Positions 61,748 through 64,000 of a DNA stretch of 64,000 bases are shown one piece after another; position 1 is the stretch's first letter, and every line of letters begins with the position of its first letter. The stretch covers positions 3,720,001-3,784,000 of the forward strand of contig JBLDXI010000029.1 in NCBI GenBank assembly GCA_047495785.1. The letters are read 5' to 3'. The position numbers and the translations under genes were made by a program. This DNA is from Lepidodermella squamata. Lineage: Eukaryota > Animalia > Gastrotricha. Below the pieces are notes generated by a model, which was given only the letters and a program-made list of their open reading frames with translations, ran no database searches and was not told the origin of the DNA.

Positions 61748-62780
61748 TCAGACTTTAATGCAATTCTCAAAGCCATTGATGCCATAGATGCCATTTGATC
61801 TGCTCAATGTGACATCAAACGGCGATAGCAGCAAGCAGCAACCATGAAAAGTTGAAGCCCCGAATGCACCTCCAGTGGTACCCTGAATGCGGGAAGAAAA
61901 CATTCCAATAAACAATGGTATCATTCTAAGAGCTACCAGGGTGTTCGTAACTGCTACTAAAGTGGCACCCATAGCAGTATATGGGAAGCGTAAACAAATA
62001 GCACGGGGAGTTCCATCGTTGTTTACAGCTGCTATTCTGTATGGTAAGGTTGTGCCGGCTTGTTGAATACACGCCAATACAGGCGGGGTGCCAGGAACCA
62101 TCTCGTATAACACACTATCAGCCCCTTTCACGGCATTACAGCATTCCGCAAATGACGGAAAAGTATTAATCGCGGCGGCTGATGGCTGAAAGGAATACAA
62201 TTAGGAAACTGCAATTTCACAATTCGCATAAATGTATACAGCCGTTTGAGTTTTAAGGACTGAGTTGCATGCCCCGCCATTCGCTGTGCAGAATGGAACA
62301 TTAAATTTCGCAAAATTTGTTGCATCGCCTTGTGTCTGTGTTATTTCACACAGCTTGTATGTAGTCTGGTATTTATACATTCAAAACTCAGTGAAATGCA
62401 TGTTTGAACGTTGTTCAACCAACCGGGCTTGCGCAAGCTTGGTCAACCGGGCATTGAGTTGCTGATTTGCCGACACAATTATTCGAACCAGTGTCGCAAA
62501 TGTTGGCAGGTGGTGTGCAGGTGCACGAAGGGGCCGGGGACCCGCCTTTCGCCACGCAGCTGTTCGTAGTGGCGTCACATACATTAGCCGATGTCACACA
62601 GGATGATCCAGAGTTGCAAGGGTTGGATGTCGTATAACAAGCCTTGCCGTTAGGGCAAGTCGCAACAGTAGGGGTTTCGATGACACCTGTTGACCTCGGG
62701 CATGGTGTTGTGGAAGCTGCAGGGCAAGCAACAGTAACCGCAAGCCCAGCTGCGAGAATTGCAAGGATAAAACACTCCAT
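61748..62780 (-). CDS. Cys-rich secreted family, copy 5 (intact frame, 288 aa). Exons 62780-62424, 62365-62240, 62185-61937, 61882-61748
   Basis: Same four-exon phase-0 structure as copy 3; 867-nt open CDS. Confidence 0.85.
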
Positions 62781-62889
62781 GGAAAGATTTCAATATCTAA
62801 TTTGGGAAAAAGGGTATTTTATGACAACATGTTATGGTTTAAAAAAGGATTATTCAAAAGCTGAAAGGAGGTTTCCCTAAAAAGACATA

Positions 62890-63300
62890 GAAACGAAACA
62901 ATGGTATCTAAGAGCTACACAGGTGGTTGTAAGTGCAATTAAACCGCTAAACGTAGCAGTAAAAGAAAAGCACATACAATAAGGACGGGAAGTTCCATAG
63001 TTGACTTGAGCTGCTAATCTGTATGGACGGACCTGTTGAACACAGGCCTAATCAAGTGGGGTGCCGGGAAAGACCTCTTATATGTTGTAAGACTCTGTTA
63101 CACGGCATTACAGCAATCTGCACAGGTCGGAAAGGTAGTAACTGGGGCGGTAGCCGGCTGAAAGGAAAACAGTTTGAAAATTGCAGTGTCACAATCTGCT
63201 TGGAAGCATGCAAGTGTTGAACTTTTAAGGACAGAGTTGCATCTCGACCAGGTTGCATTCGAAGTGCAAAATGGGACATTGGTTTTGCGTAATTCTGCGT
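62890..63300 (-). pseudogene. Cys-rich secreted family, copy 6 (degenerate exons 2-3)
   Basis: KTNVPFCTSN, PATAPVTTFPTCADCCNAV*, YRLAAQVNYGTSRPYC, with indels and stops. Confidence 0.8.
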
Positions 63301-63689
63301 AAGTTTTGCGCTCCAGAACGTGCCCATTTACTGTAAATTTAACAAATGTTAACGAATTCCGCTTTTCGCGGTCCAGCCGAGTTGTCGTTTCGAGCACGCC
63401 CGGGAACAAGATGGGAGCCATGGTTCGAAAACGAAAATTATTATTTCACAAATCTTTTTTCGGCAAATCTAGACATCAAATATTTTTTGAATAAATAACC
63501 GAACAAGACATATTTGTATATGTCCTTTCCTCGATTGTTCGCATTTAAGAAGATGAAGCATTAAACAAGCAGAATAGCAAGAATCCGATACACACTGAAT
63601 TTTCCCAACTGCAAGCGGTTATAAGTTAAGCATAGACAACTGATTATTATTATCCATCGAGGGCTCATCTATTAGCCACATGAGGCCAT

Positions 63690-64000
63690 CTATTTACGGC
63701 AGAACTCAAAATCAGCACCATAGGCTTCGACGGTGCCCAATGAGATAGTGAACGGCGATAGCAGCAAGCAGCAACCTTGGAAAGTTGAAGCCCCGAAAGC
63801 GCCGCCTTTAGTAGCCTGAATGCGAAAAGGCAAACTTAAATGAATGAAAAATGTTATCATTCTGAAAGCTACCAGTGTGTTCCTAACTTCAACGAAGTTA
63901 TAGTCATATGCAGTATAAGGGAAGCGCACACATGCAGCAGTGGGAGATCCATTGTAGTTGAAGGATGATAATCTGTAAGGTAAAGTTGTGCCGGCTTGTT
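63690..64000 (-). CDS. Cys-rich secreted family, copy 7 (3' part; extends beyond the window)
   Basis: Exon 3 ends ...YRLSSFNYNGSPTAACVRFPYTAYDYNFVEVRNTL; exon 4 reads ATKGGAFGASTFQGCCLLLSPFTISLGTVEAYGADFEFCRK*. Confidence 0.78.
   Translation of the reverse strand, partial: QAGTTLPYRLSSFNYNGSPTAACVRFPYTAYDYNFVEVRNTLVAFRMITFFIHLSLPFRIQATKGGAFGASTFQGCCLLLSPFTISLGTVEAYGADFEFCRK

Overview
This is eukaryotic (metazoan) DNA, probably from a spiralian-type invertebrate with a compact genome: most introns are 45-60 nt, and TTAGGG repeats are present. The taxon cannot be fixed from this window. (1) 1-10.5 kb: 5' half of a muscle myosin II heavy chain gene (- strand), with a young full-length Mutator-like transposon in one intron. 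(2) 11-43.5 kb: a tandem array of a two-gene unit (B then A, - strand) encoding receptor tyrosine kinases with an ectodomain I do not recognise from any named RTK family: signal peptide - LamG/ConA-like - SEA-like - LamG/ConA-like - catalytically dead trypsin-like domain - TM - Met-like kinase with no C-tail. The B stop and A start are only 69-89 nt apart, with a polyA signal and an unpaired splice acceptor between them, which is an operon/trans-splicing signature. The array holds two intact A genes, two B genes (one exon junction unresolved), one A pseudogene and a B remnant. (3) 44-48.6 kb: a GT32 glycosyltransferase with a duplicated, degenerate N-terminal domain, and a secreted LamG + 4 EGF protein. 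(4) 51.6-64 kb: a birth-and-death array of at least 7 copies of an unrecognised ~290-aa secreted Cys-rich protein with hypervariable loops, plus a YpgQ/YedJ-like HD-hydrolase pseudogene. Many non-autonomous DNA transposons (hAT, piggyBac, Tc1/mariner-pogo, foldbacks with tRNA-like cores) and a LINE relic are interspersed. All exon models and domain calls were made by eye; no database searches were run.
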